Below are positions 30,772 to 41,129 of a DNA stretch of 64,000 bases, one piece after another. The position numbers and the translations under genes are program-made. A model generated the notes under the pieces. That model had not been told where the DNA came from. It ran no database searches and saw nothing but the letters and a program-made list of their open reading frames with translations. How positions within the stretch are numbered: position 1 is the stretch's first letter; each line of letters opens with the position of its first letter. This DNA comes from Planctomycetota bacterium (GTDB lineage: Bacteria > Planctomycetota > MHYJ01 > WSZJ01), in assembly GCA_038060895.1 (NCBI GenBank), contig JBBTCT010000036.1:39168-103167 (forward strand), in the 5' to 3' direction.

Positions 30772-32013
30772 CTATGCCTTCAGGAAAACCCTCAATGCCT
30801 CCGCCATCACCGTGCGAAGCGGTACGCGCGCCTTCTCCGCTGCACGGCGGCAGTCCTCGAATTCCGGGGAAGCGGCGAGTGTTTTCCCGCCGCGCGAGCC
30901 GGTTTTGACGCGGATCGCCCCGTATTTCGTTTTGACCGCGACGGAGTCTCTCGCAAGTTTCGTGCGCGAAGCGAGATGGCGGCGGACGCCGAGCGTGCCG
31001 GTTTCGCGGAAGAGGGCATCTTCGACGGCGGCAAGCGCGGCCGGGGGGACCAGCGCGGTCACGAGCGTCGCGGGGCGGCCTTTCTTCATCTGGATGGACG
31101 ACGCGAACGCGTCGACGGCGCCCGCTTCGAAACACTTTTCGAGCGCGTACCCGACGACTTCCGGCGTGACGTTGTCGAGATTCGTTTCGACGACGAAGAC
31201 TTCGTCCGAATCACCGTCCGGTGTCGCTTCACCGATCACGAGCCGCAGCACGTTAGGGCGCTCGTGGAAGTCGCGGTCGCCCGCGCCGTATCCGATGGCG
31301 GTGACGCGCATCGAGGGCTGGGGCCCGTAGGACGAAGCGAGCGTGCGGATCAGCGCCGCGCCGGTGGGCGTCAGCGTTTCGCCGTCCACGTCCAGCGGCG
31401 CGGTCGGCGCGCCCTTGATGATCTCGAGCGTCGCGGGTCCGGGGACCGGGAGTACGCCGTGCGCGCAGTGAATATGTCCGTGTGAAATCGGGAACGGCGT
31501 GGCCGTGACGCGGGTGACGCCCAACATTTCGAGCGCGAGAATCCCGCCCGTCATGTCGACGATCGAGTCGATCGCGCCGACCTCGTGAAAGTGGACGGAT
31601 TTCAGCGTCTTCCGGTGGACCCGCGCTTCCGCCTTCCCGAGCGTCACGAATGCCTCGCTCGCCCGTTCGCGCACCGTCGCTGGAAGCTTCGCGCGTTTCA
31701 GGAGCGCCAGGATCGACGGAAGCGACATTCCGGGCCCGTGGTGGTGCGGATGTTCATGCCCGTGGTCGTGGCCGTGATCATGGCCGTGCTCGAACTCCGT
31801 GGTCGCCTGCTTTCCCTTTCCGATCACCACGTCCACTTTCGTCGCGCCGATCGGACCTTTCATCACGGCCCGCGATGTCAGCCTCCATCCGGGCAGCCGT
31901 AGCCCCTTCAACTCCCTCTCCAGCGCCTTCACGTCGAGCCCCGCATCGACACACCCGCCCAGCAGCATGTCCCCCGCCGCGCCGCAGAACGCGTCGATAT
32001 ACGCGATCGTCAT
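30772..32013 (-). CDS. larC: Nickel-pincer cofactor nickel insertase
   Basis: DAFCGAAGDMLLG, His-rich insert, HFHEVGAIDSIVD, TPTGAA and ETNLD...MKKGRP motifs. Confidence 0.92.
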   Translation of the reverse strand: MTIAYIDAFCGAAGDMLLGGCVDAGLDVKALERELKGLRLPGWRLTSRAVMKGPIGATKVDVVIGKGKQATTEFEHGHDHGHDHGHEHPHHHGPGMSLPSILALLKRAKLPATVRERASEAFVTLGKAEARVHRKTLKSVHFHEVGAIDSIVDMTGGILALEMLGVTRVTATPFPISHGHIHCAHGVLPVPGPATLEIIKGAPTAPLDVDGETLTPTGAALIRTLASSYGPQPSMRVTAIGYGAGDRDFHERPNVLRLVIGEATPDGDSDEVFVVETNLDNVTPEVVGYALEKCFEAGAVDAFASSIQMKKGRPATLVTALVPPAALAAVEDALFRETGTLGVRRHLASRTKLARDSVAVKTKYGAIRVKTGSRGGKTLAASPEFEDCRRAAEKARVPLRTVMAEALRVFLKA

Positions 32014-32783
32014 TTCGGATTCCGAACAAAGACCGTCGCATCTTTGCCGGCCCGCAGCTTCCGCGCGGCCGAACCGTTGCGGCACGCGATCTCGAGGAAT
32101 CCCGAGGAGCCGGGAAGAACGACAAGACAGTCGTCCTCGACGTCGGCGTAAGTGCGGCGGATCGGGCCGAGACGCGTGCTGTCGAGCGTGACGGTGGATC
32201 CCTCGGGAATCCCGGCCGACGCGATGTTCGTCTGGAGATTGCCGAAGCGGTCGACCGCGAGCACGACGCCCTTCACGCCGTCCGGCGCCGCCTTCGGCTG
32301 CTCCCACTCCACCTCGACCATGTCCTTCACGGCCGGACCGAGCTTCGAAGGCGCAAGTCCCCTGGCGAGATGGGCCGCCGCGGGCGCGAAGATGTCACGG
32401 CCGTGGAACACGGCGGACGGATTGGGAAGCGCGTACTCGGGATTCTCGATCGCGTGGACCGTGGCGCGCTTCTCCTTCGCGATGCACGAGAGCAGCCCGT
32501 TGTCCGGCCCGACCGCGATGACGCCGCCCGCGTCGACGCAGAGCGCGCGGCGCTTCGTGCCGACGCCGGGATCGACAACCGCGAGCAGGATGGAGCCGTC
32601 GGGCAGGTACGGCAGCGCCGCCTGGAGCTGCCAGACGCCGAGCCCGATATCCTGCGCCGGGATGTCGTGGGTTAGGTCGATGACCGCCGTTTCCGGCGAG
32701 ATGCCGGCGATGACGGCCTTGAGGACGCCGGCGTAGACGCCTGGGCCGAAGTCGGTCGCGAGGAAGATCGGGGATCTTTTCAT
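32010..32783 (-). CDS. SAM hydroxide adenosyltransferase (DUF62, chlorinase/fluorinase family)
   Basis: TDFG, DLTH, VVDPGVGT, GPDNG, FHGRDIFAP and DRFGN motifs. Confidence 0.9.
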   Translation of the reverse strand: MKRSPIFLATDFGPGVYAGVLKAVIAGISPETAVIDLTHDIPAQDIGLGVWQLQAALPYLPDGSILLAVVDPGVGTKRRALCVDAGGVIAVGPDNGLLSCIAKEKRATVHAIENPEYALPNPSAVFHGRDIFAPAAAHLARGLAPSKLGPAVKDMVEVEWEQPKAAPDGVKGVVLAVDRFGNLQTNIASAGIPEGSTVTLDSTRLGPIRRTYADVEDDCLVVLPGSSGFLEIACRNGSAARKLRAGKDATVFVRNPK

Positions 32784-32879
32784 GGGGCGCGGATTATAGC
32801 CTCTGGGCGCGAGAGAAGAGCCGGCGGGTCAGACTGCGCAATCTTCACCGCAGGCAACCTGTGCTGCATACTCAGGCGC

Positions 32880-34619
32880 ATGCCCCACGCCGACCTCGCC
32901 GTTCTCATGCAGGAATTCGCGACTCTCGACACGATTCTAGGCGCGAACGTCTTCCAGGTGCGGGCCTACGAGCGCGCTTCGCAGACGCTGGAGACCACAC
33001 CTGAGGACGTTGAGAAGCTCGCGAAGGAAGGCCGCATCCGGGAGTTGCCCGGGATCGGGGACGGGATAGCGAAGAAGATCGAAGAGTTCATCAAGACGGG
33101 GCGCATCGCGGCGCTCGAGGAGCTGAGGAAGAAGGTCGATCCGGCGATCCTGGCGCTCATCCGGATTCCGGGACTGGGGCCGAAGAAGGCGAAGATGCTC
33201 GTCGAGGAACTCGGGATCAAGTCGGTGGATGACCTCGAGAAGGCGTGCCGCGAGGAGAAGGTCCGGCCGCTCAAGGGCATGGGCGCCAAGAGCGAAGAGA
33301 AGATCCTCGCCGGCATCGCGAGCATGAAGGTCACGCGCGAGCGCGTGCCGCTCTGGGAGGCGCGCGAGATCGCGGCGAAGGTCGTCGAGCACTTACGGCT
33401 CTCGGGCGGGGCCACCATGGCTGTCGCGACCGGCTCCGTTCGACGCTGGAAGGAATCGGTGCGCGACCTGGACGTGGCGACTGTCGCGCCGGACCACGCG
33501 AAGCTCATGAAATCCGCGGCGACGATGCCGGGCGTCGTCGAGGTCATCGCCCACGGTGAGACGAAAACGAGCGTTTACTACGGACAGGACCGCTTCCAGG
33601 TCGACGTTCGCGTCGTCCCCGAGGAGTCGTACGGCGCGGCGCTTCAGTATTTCACGGGCTCCAAGGAGCACTCGGTCCGCCTGCGCGAAAAGGCCGTGAA
33701 GATGGGCCTGACCGTGAACGAGTACGGCGTTCACAAATTGAAGAAGAACGGTGAGAAGGGCGAGCGGATTGCGGGCGCTTCGGAGGAGGAGGTCTACGAG
33801 GCGCTCGGCTTCCAGTGGATCCCGCCGGAGCTGCGCGAGGACAAGGGGGAGCTGGACGCGTTCGCGAAGGGGAAGAAGGCGCCGCGGCTGATCGAGCGCG
33901 CCGACATCAAGGGCGATCTTCACTGCCACACGACCTGGAGCGACGGCACCGCGAGCGTCGAGGAAATGGCGAAAGCGGCCGAGCGCCGGCACTACGAGTA
34001 CGTCGCCATCACCGACCACTCGCCGAGCGCCGGGTACGCCGGCGGACTCAACGCCGACAAACTCAAGCGCCAGTGGGACGAGATCGCAGCCGTGCAGGAG
34101 AAGTTCCACATCAAAATCCTGCGCGGCTCCGAGGTCGACATCCTCGCCGAAGGCAAACTCGACTGGCCCGACAAGATCCTCGAGCAGATGGACTTCGTCG
34201 TCGCCAGCATCCACCAGCGCGGCAAGGATGACCGCGAGGCCAACACCAAACGCCTCGTCCGCGCCCTCGAACACCCCTGCGTCAAGGTCATCGGCCACCC
34301 CAGCACCCGCCGCCTCGGCCTCCGCCCGCCGCTCGACATCGACTGGGAAGCGGTCTACGAAACGGCGATCAAGCACGGCAAAGCGCTCGAGCTCAACTCA
34401 AGCCCGGAGCGGCTGGATCTGGATGAGATCAAGGTGGCGCGCGCTTCCTCGCTCGGAATCCCCATCTTCATCGACACCGACGCCCACTCCACCGGTATGT
34501 TCGACAACATCGAGTTTGGCGTCATGCAGGCGCGCAGGGCGTGGCTCAAGCCGGAGCAGGTGGTGAACACGAAGACTTGGAAGGAAATGGAGAAGTGGCT
34601 GATGGCAGGCCGGAAATAA
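32880..34619 (+). CDS. polX: Family X DNA polymerase / PHP 3'-5' exonuclease
   Basis: HhH motifs, GSVRR...RDLD and YFTGSKEH. PHP motifs DLHCHT, TDHS and TDAH. Confidence 0.93.
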   Translation: MPHADLAVLMQEFATLDTILGANVFQVRAYERASQTLETTPEDVEKLAKEGRIRELPGIGDGIAKKIEEFIKTGRIAALEELRKKVDPAILALIRIPGLGPKKAKMLVEELGIKSVDDLEKACREEKVRPLKGMGAKSEEKILAGIASMKVTRERVPLWEAREIAAKVVEHLRLSGGATMAVATGSVRRWKESVRDLDVATVAPDHAKLMKSAATMPGVVEVIAHGETKTSVYYGQDRFQVDVRVVPEESYGAALQYFTGSKEHSVRLREKAVKMGLTVNEYGVHKLKKNGEKGERIAGASEEEVYEALGFQWIPPELREDKGELDAFAKGKKAPRLIERADIKGDLHCHTTWSDGTASVEEMAKAAERRHYEYVAITDHSPSAGYAGGLNADKLKRQWDEIAAVQEKFHIKILRGSEVDILAEGKLDWPDKILEQMDFVVASIHQRGKDDREANTKRLVRALEHPCVKVIGHPSTRRLGLRPPLDIDWEAVYETAIKHGKALELNSSPERLDLDEIKVARASSLGIPIFIDTDAHSTGMFDNIEFGVMQARRAWLKPEQVVNTKTWKEMEKWLMAGRK

Positions 34620-34660
34620 CTCGGAGACAGTCTCGCGGACTCTGACGGCCGCAAAAACGT

Positions 34661-35011
34661 CTACTGTGCTCCTTGCGCGGCGCGAGCACGTTCCTCAAGG
34701 ATCGAGAAAACCCTGCGTAACTCTCTCGTTCTTCGACCAATTTCCTGCAATCGCAGCAGCTCAGCATCGGACTCGATTTCGTCAGCAGGCACCCAGACAA
34801 CTCTCCCGTCCCTCCATTCAGCGACCGGATGACCTGCGCGCTTGTGAGCTTGCCGGGCCTTGGAAATGCCGATTTGCATGGCTCTGTCAATGGCATCGCC
34901 GTCGGCGAAGACCTCTGCGATGTCAGGTTTCCAGGATGAATCCGGCGTTGTCAGCAACGGACCTCTTCCGGATTCAGGCAATTGCTTCTGGTGCGGCTCT
35001 TGCGACTTCAT
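34661..35011 (-). CDS. Small hypothetical protein (antitoxin-like; start uncertain)
   Basis: AIDRAMQIGISKARQAHKRAGHPVAEWRDGRVVWVPADEI resembles small proteins found beside zeta-toxin-like ATPases. Region is less GC-rich. Confidence 0.45.
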   Translation of the reverse strand: MKSQEPHQKQLPESGRGPLLTTPDSSWKPDIAEVFADGDAIDRAMQIGISKARQAHKRAGHPVAEWRDGRVVWVPADEIESDAELLRLQEIGRRTRELRRVFSILEERARAAQGAQ

Positions 35012-35166
35012 CGCTCGCTCCGGTTGTGGGAATCTGCACCGATCCTATCTTAGATCCCGGCAATAAGGAGTGCCGCATTCCGTTGGTCCCTCGGCGCTTC
35101 ACCGATTTCCGAATCGCGGGAAGGCCGCGGGATGTAGTAGTCTTCAGACCTCTCAGGAGCCCGCCC

Positions 35167-36651
35167 ATGAAAGCGCTTCTCGTCACCTCCTTCGCCCTCG
35201 CCCTCGCCGCCGCTGCCGCCTACGCTGACCCGCAGACGCCCGCCGAAATGGAAAAGCAGGCGTTGTCGCTTCGCGTCGACGACGTCGCGTGGCGCGGGAT
35301 TGCCTGGAAGTCGTGCCTGCTCGAAGGCCTGGCCGAGGCGAAGAAGTCGGGGAAGCCCGCGATCCTCTGGGTATTCATCGACCGCCCCGTGAACGACGAG
35401 CGATGCTGAGTCTTCGCCGGCGCCGCCCGTGAGGCGGTGTTCAGCGACGCGAAGGTGGTGGAGCGGGTGAAGAAAGAGTTCGTGCCGGTCGCGCTGAAAG
35501 CGGTGCTCGTGAACGGCCCGCCGAAAGGCGCCGAAGGGCGGCTCTACGCGGAAGTCGGGCGCTCCAAGGTGGCGCCGCAGGGGATCTGCGCGGTCAATGC
35601 GGATGGCCGCGTGCTGGCCTGGACGATGATGTTCGAAGGAAAGGACGCGCTTCAGAAATTCCTCGACCATGTCCTCGCCCTGAACGAAAAGCATCCCGCG
35701 GGAAGCGAAGCGTTCCCAGCGGAGCGGTACATGAAGTTCCCCGGCGACCGGCTGGACGACGTCGAGGGAGAAGAAACCGGCATTCCCCCGAAGGCGCACA
35801 AGGACGGTGAGCGTTGCCCCGCGGCGCTGGGAGTCGAGAAAGGAACGCTGGTCGGGACGATGTACGGCCGGACGTTCCAGGACTGCAAGCCGACGGGCGA
35901 TCCTGCGCGGCAGGAACGCTACCTTGAGTCCCGCGTCGAGATCCGGCCGGACGCGCAGCGAGCGCTGGCGGACGCGGCCGATGCGGCAGGCGGGGAGCAG
36001 TTTGACGTCCCGGCCTCCGCGGCTGCCGCACTCTGCGGACAGGCGTTTCTCGGCCAGCTGGACGTGAATCCCACCCTTAGCCCGGGCGCGGAGACCTCGT
36101 GGAAGCTGCGCGGGCAGGTCGAGGTGCTGGAAAAGGAAAGCTGGGTCCGCATCCAGGGAACGACTTCCGCCAAGTCCGACGAGTCGCGGAAATCCGACAG
36201 GGCGGTCTGGTCGAACGATGTGCGGCTGACGTGGAACGGTCTCGCCCGGCTGGAAGGGCGTTCGGTGACGAAGCTGATCTTGACGGCGGAAGGACGCCAG
36301 AAGCTGACGTGGAACCACGGCGACCGAGACCTCGACCCGGGTTCCGCGCTCGAGAATCTCCCGGGCGGCCGCCAGATCCGCCTCGACTCCGACGTGAAGT
36401 TCGGCGTCGTTGCGGAAGTTGCGAAGTCGGACGAAGTCGGACCGGGAATCTCGCCGCGCGGGTTCGGTCTGCCGAAGAGCCTGGTCGAGAAGATGGAGCG
36501 GCTCAAGGCGGCGATGGACGACGAACGGACGCCGACGATCAAGCGCCAGAGAGTGGCGCGGATGATGGAAGCGTTCGAGTCGTTGGCGAAGAACGAGGAG
36601 TTCGAGGCGGCGGAGGCGGTGATTGATGTCGCGCTGAAGGCGGTGAAGTAG
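35167..36651 (+). CDS. Putative secreted thioredoxin-fold selenoprotein with Cys-Sec (CU) motif, selenoprotein N-like
   Basis: CAGGAG RBS and signal peptide. Reads NDERC-TGA(35407-35409)-VFAGAAREAVFSDAKVVERVKKEFVPV in one frame. Hairpin at 35420-35440. Confidence 0.78.
35407..35440 (+). promoter_or_regulatory. In-frame UGA plus putative SECIS
   Basis: TGA, 10 nt, then GCGCCGCC-CGTGA-GGCGGTGT hairpin with GU in the apical loop. Confidence 0.65.
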
Positions 36652-36691
36652 AAGGGATCGTGGGATCCGGGTCCGGTGGGCAAGGGAAAGA

Positions 36692-38992
36692 CTACAGCAT
36701 GTCGTACGCATCCATGTCCCACGTCCAGCCGCACTTCTTCCACTTCTCTTTCAATTTCCCGCACGCGTTCACGACTTTCCAGAGCGTGTCCCAGCTCTTC
36801 GCGCGGAGTGCGGCGTGGGCTCTGTGCTGGCTGCGCAAGAACGCGATCGGCGCTGGCTCGGGACCCAGCAGCAGCTCCGCCTCCTTGCCCAGGATCGGCC
36901 GCGCGATCGCCACGGCCGCGGCGCAGGCGCCGAGAGCTTCGTCGGGCGTCGGGCCGGTGACGATGAGGCGAAGCAGCCGGCAGAAGGGCGGCCAGATCCA
37001 TTCGCGGCGGAAGGCCATTTCCTGCGCCGCGAAGGTCTCGAAGTCGTGCTTCGCGGCGAGAGTGATTGCCGGAACCGTCGGGTTGTACGTCTGGACGACG
37101 ACTCGCCCCGCGAGGGCGCCGCGGCCGGCGCGGCCGGCGACCTGGGCGATGAGCTGGAACGTGCGCTCGCCGGAGCGGAAGTCGTTGATCGAGTAGCCGA
37201 TGTCGCCGTTGATGACGCCGACGATCGTGACGTTCGGGACGTCGTGCCCTTTCGCCACCATCTGCGTGCCGATGAGAATGTCCGTCGTCCCGTCCGCGAC
37301 CGCCGCGAGGATCCGCGCGTGGCTGCCGCGGGCCCTCGTCGTATCGCGGTCGAGCCGCCCGACCGCGGCGTCTCCGAACGCCGCCTTGATCTCCTCCTCG
37401 ACGCGCTCCGTGCCGAGCCCGACAAACTTGATCCCCGGCACCTTGCACGCCGGGCACGTCACCGGCGGCTCGACTTCGGCGTGGCAGTGGTGGCAGATCG
37501 CGACATTCCGGCGCTTGTGAAACGTCATCGCCACGTCGCAATTCACGCACCGCAGCACGTACTTGCACGAAAGACAGAGCAGAACCGGCGAGAAGCCGCG
37601 CCGGTTCAGGAAGAGGATCGTCTGTTCGCCCTTCGCGACCGCGCCCGTCACCAGCGCCTCCAGCTTGCGCGACATCAGCGGGATCTTCCCCTTGATTCCG
37701 CGCTCCTGCGCCATGTCGACGACTTCGACCGGGGGAAGCGGCCGGTCGTTGACGCGCTGCGTCAATCGCAGGAGCTCGTACTTCTTTTCCTGCGCGTTCC
37801 GCCAGGACTCCAGCGCCGGCGTCGCGCTCCCCAGGATGATCACCGCCTTTTCCAGCTGCGCCCGCTTCACCGCCACGTCCCGCGCGTGGTACCGCGGCTC
37901 GTTCCCCGCCTTGTAGGACGTCTCGTGCTCCTCGTCGACGACGATAACCCCGAGATCCGGCAGCGGCGCGAACACCGCGGACCGGGCGCCGATCACGACG
38001 TCCGCCTCCCCCGCCTTGATTCGCTTCCACTGGTCCAGCCGCTGCGTGTCGGTCAGGCGGTGGTGCATGACGGCGATGCGCGAGAAGCGGGCGGAGAAGC
38101 GCGAAATGGTCTGTGGCGTGAGCGCGATTTCCGGGACGAGGACGAGGGCCTTTTTGCCCGCGGCCACCGCTTGCGCGATGACGCGCAGGTAGACCTCGGT
38201 TTTTCCGCTGCTGGTGACGCCGTAAAGGAGGTACGGCTTGAACCCGCCGAACCCGGCGATGATGGAAGCGATCGCAAACTCCTGCTCGGCGTTCGGCGCA
38301 GGCGGAGGCGTCGTAGAGGGCGGGTGGGCAAGAAGCGGGTCGGCCGAGTCGACCTGGCGGCGCTCGATCGACACGAGACCTTTCTTCACGAGGGTGGCGA
38401 TCGGCGAGGCGCTGATCGAAAGCCGCTCCTCCAGGTCCGCGACCGCGACCGGCTGCGCCGACTCCAGCAGCACTTCCAGCACCTGCGACCATTTCGAGTT
38501 CGTCGCACGCATCTCATCGATGTTTGTCTTTGCAACAGCCGGATCGACCGCCAGCCGCGCGATGTTCTCGAACCGCCGCGCCCCCGTCCTGCGCACCGGG
38601 GCCGGAAGCGCCGCCATCAGCGCTTCGCCCCACGAAGAGAAGTACCAGTCGGCGATCCATTTCGACAGCTCGATCAGCGCCGGCCCGAACGCGGGTTCGG
38701 CGTCGAGCACGGCCTTGACCGGCTTCACGTTCCCCTTGGGCCGCTCCTGCGTGTACCCCACGCAGGCGCCCACCAGCGTCCGCGGCCCGAAGGGCACGAC
38801 GACGCGGGAGCCGACCGGGACCGATACGCCGTCGGGGATGGCGTAACTGAACGGGTGGTTGAGCGGCACGGGGACGACGATCTGGGCGTAGGTGGTCAGG
38901 GGAAGTGTTGAGTGTGGAGCAGTGTGGAGGTTGGTGGAGAGGTGACGGGCGATCGGATGCTCTATCGGGGCGAGGAGGAAAGCAATGTCCAT
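36692..38992 (-). CDS. priA: Primosomal protein N' (start uncertain, 38899-38992)
   Basis: GVTSSGKTEVY, VPEIALTPQ, DEEHE, SATP, LNRRG, double Zn CxxC and QVAGRAGR motifs. Confidence 0.95.
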   Translation of the reverse strand: MDIAFLLAPIEHPIARHLSTNLHTAPHSTLPLTTYAQIVVPVPLNHPFSYAIPDGVSVPVGSRVVVPFGPRTLVGACVGYTQERPKGNVKPVKAVLDAEPAFGPALIELSKWIADWYFSSWGEALMAALPAPVRRTGARRFENIARLAVDPAVAKTNIDEMRATNSKWSQVLEVLLESAQPVAVADLEERLSISASPIATLVKKGLVSIERRQVDSADPLLAHPPSTTPPPAPNAEQEFAIASIIAGFGGFKPYLLYGVTSSGKTEVYLRVIAQAVAAGKKALVLVPEIALTPQTISRFSARFSRIAVMHHRLTDTQRLDQWKRIKAGEADVVIGARSAVFAPLPDLGVIVVDEEHETSYKAGNEPRYHARDVAVKRAQLEKAVIILGSATPALESWRNAQEKKYELLRLTQRVNDRPLPPVEVVDMAQERGIKGKIPLMSRKLEALVTGAVAKGEQTILFLNRRGFSPVLLCLSCKYVLRCVNCDVAMTFHKRRNVAICHHCHAEVEPPVTCPACKVPGIKFVGLGTERVEEEIKAAFGDAAVGRLDRDTTRARGSHARILAAVADGTTDILIGTQMVAKGHDVPNVTIVGVINGDIGYSINDFRSGERTFQLIAQVAGRAGRGALAGRVVVQTYNPTVPAITLAAKHDFETFAAQEMAFRREWIWPPFCRLLRLIVTGPTPDEALGACAAAVAIARPILGKEAELLLGPEPAPIAFLRSQHRAHAALRAKSWDTLWKVVNACGKLKEKWKKCGWTWDMDAYDML

Positions 38993-39141
38993 CCGAGCCG
39001 GGGCACTTGTAACCCCTTCCCCATCCCAATCCCCATCCCTATCCCCCCCCCATCCCGTCCCTCCCATCCTTTCCCCATCCCCCGCCGTCCCAACCCGGAT
39101 TTCTTCCAACACCCGCCGCCACAGGTCGTTAAATAGTTCCC

Positions 39142-40602
39142 ATGCCCCGCGCCTGCGGCCTTGAACTGACTCCCACCATCCTTCGCGCCGTCGTTGTTGA
39201 CGGGACGCCGAAGGGCTGGCGTGTCACCGCGTATGCGGAGAAGGAGATTCCGCCGCCGGCCGAAGGAGTCGATCCCAGGGAGGCATACGCGAAGGAAGTC
39301 GCGGCGTTCATCGCGGAAGCGAAGCTGCCGCGGGGCGCGCTCATCCCTTCGCTGCCGGCGTCTCACGCGACCATCCGCGAGGTTGCGCTTCCGTTCGGGT
39401 CCGACGAGCAGCTGCGCAAGACGGTGAAGTTCGAGCTGGAGAGTCACTCGCACGCGATCGACATTGACCAGGTGGTCGTTGATTTCGTGAGGGTGGACCA
39501 GAAGGAAAAGCAGACTTACCTGCTGGCGTTCGCCGTGGAAAAGAAGGACGTCCGGGCGCGCATTGACCAGATGGCGCTGGCGCGGATCGATCCGCCGGCG
39601 ATCGACCTGGACGTGACGGCCGCGCTGAACGCCCTTCTGAGTTCGGCCGGCGTCAACGGGACCGACGCGTTCGTTGCGCTCTATGCGACGCGCGCCGGCT
39701 GCTACCACTACTTCGTGAGCGGCGGCCTCAAGCTGCTTCGGGTGCTGCCGCTGGGATCGGCCGAAGACGGATTTGAAGGAAAGGCAGCCGCGGAAGTCGC
39801 CCGGACTCTCTTGCGCGTCTCGAGCGGGCAGGAACTGCCGGAGGTCCTGGTCTGCGGGGATGCGGACGACCTGCCGGCGCTGGCGGGTAGGATTGCGCGC
39901 GAGACGGGCGTGAAAGCGCGTGCGGTCGAACTCATGCCGGAAGGCCTGGAGTTCGAGGGATCCGAAAAGGCGCGCCGGGCCGGCGGCGCGGCGCTCGGAC
40001 TCGCGCTCAAGGGGATCGGAGTGGACCGCGTCGGGATCGATCTTCGCCGTGAAGAATTCACGTACGAGCGCAAGACCGACCAGCTCAAGCGGGCCGTCGC
40101 GATGCTGCTCCTGATGGTGAACATCTTCCTCGGGCTCTGGGGCTACAAGGCTTGGAGCGACCGGGCGTTCGTGCAGGGGCGCACCAGCGAACTTATGGCG
40201 ATGGAGCGCAAGATGTGGAAGGATCTCTTTCCCGAGGAGAAGGAACCCGCGAAACCCCTGGAAGCGTTCCGGAGCCGCAAGGCGGAGTGGCAGGAATCGC
40301 AGGGCGGCGGCGGGCACCCCGTGCCGGTCTCGGCGCTGAATTACTGGGCGATGCTCTTCAACAAAATCCAGGTCCAGAACAAGTTCTTCATCGGCGCTCT
40401 GACCGTGAGCGCTGCGCCCGGGCAGGCGTCCATCAAGCTGAGCGGGACCGCGGACCCGGCGCCTGAAGTCGAGCGCATCTGGACGTCGATCAAGTCCGAA
40501 AAGGCCTTCGCCAACGCGAAGGCCCCGGCGACGACCCAGGACAGGGGAATGTGGCGCTGGGACATGGACATCCCGATCGTGACGGAGGAGAGCGCGAAAT
40601 GA
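39142..40602 (+). CDS. PilM/GspL-like actin-fold pilus/T2SS assembly protein fused to TM + PilN-like domain
   Basis: CGLELTPTILRAV, IREVALPF...TVKFELE, ALGLAL and IDLRREEF motifs, then TM helix. Confidence 0.75.
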   Translation: MPRACGLELTPTILRAVVVDGTPKGWRVTAYAEKEIPPPAEGVDPREAYAKEVAAFIAEAKLPRGALIPSLPASHATIREVALPFGSDEQLRKTVKFELESHSHAIDIDQVVVDFVRVDQKEKQTYLLAFAVEKKDVRARIDQMALARIDPPAIDLDVTAALNALLSSAGVNGTDAFVALYATRAGCYHYFVSGGLKLLRVLPLGSAEDGFEGKAAAEVARTLLRVSSGQELPEVLVCGDADDLPALAGRIARETGVKARAVELMPEGLEFEGSEKARRAGGAALGLALKGIGVDRVGIDLRREEFTYERKTDQLKRAVAMLLLMVNIFLGLWGYKAWSDRAFVQGRTSELMAMERKMWKDLFPEEKEPAKPLEAFRSRKAEWQESQGGGGHPVPVSALNYWAMLFNKIQVQNKFFIGALTVSAAPGQASIKLSGTADPAPEVERIWTSIKSEKAFANAKAPATTQDRGMWRWDMDIPIVTEESAK

Positions 40603-41129
40603 GGATCCGCACGAATGAACTCTCGAGGCGCGCCGGCGCCGTGGACTTCATGCTGCTGGCGTGCTTCCTCCTGGTCGTCTCGGGAGCCGGCGCGGGCGGT
40701 TACGCCTGGGTCCTTCAGCAGGAAGCCGCATCCCTGGAACGGCAACTCGGCCAGGCAGAAAAGGACCTTAAGCTCGTCGTTGCCCTGCGCGACGACATCC
40801 GCGACATCAAGCTCGGCGGCGGGTCCCTGGCGGGAGCCGAGCTATCCACGATCCAGACGTTTTTCCATGAGACCGCCAAGGACCACCGTTTCACGATCAC
40901 CCGCATCGCGCCGTCGAATTCCATCTGGAAGTCACTCTGGACGGATCAGTCTTACCGCCTCGAGATCAAAAACGTCACGCGGCAGCAGCTCGGGAATTTC
41001 ATCGCTGATGTCGAGCTGAAGAAGCCCTTCCTGAAGTCGAAAGAAATCCGCGACGTGAAGTTCGACGAGAGCCACGCGATCCAGAACGTCGCGGTCATCT
41101 TTTCGCATTACCAGCGCATCCGTAAATGA
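40599..41129 (+). CDS. GspM/PilO-like membrane protein
   Basis: ATGA overlap start. TM, coiled coil and ferredoxin-like C-terminal pattern. Supported by gene context. Confidence 0.55.
   Translation: MRIRTNELSRRAGAVDFMLLACFLLVVSGAGAGGYAWVLQQEAASLERQLGQAEKDLKLVVALRDDIRDIKLGGGSLAGAELSTIQTFFHETAKDHRFTITRIAPSNSIWKSLWTDQSYRLEIKNVTRQQLGNFIADVELKKPFLKSKEIRDVKFDESHAIQNVAVIFSHYQRIRK

Noticed and set aside
34666-35166. Upstream part of the ORF-track call 34666-35409
   Set aside because: The real start is ATG 35167, which has an RBS and signal peptide. The upstream frame has no coding character.
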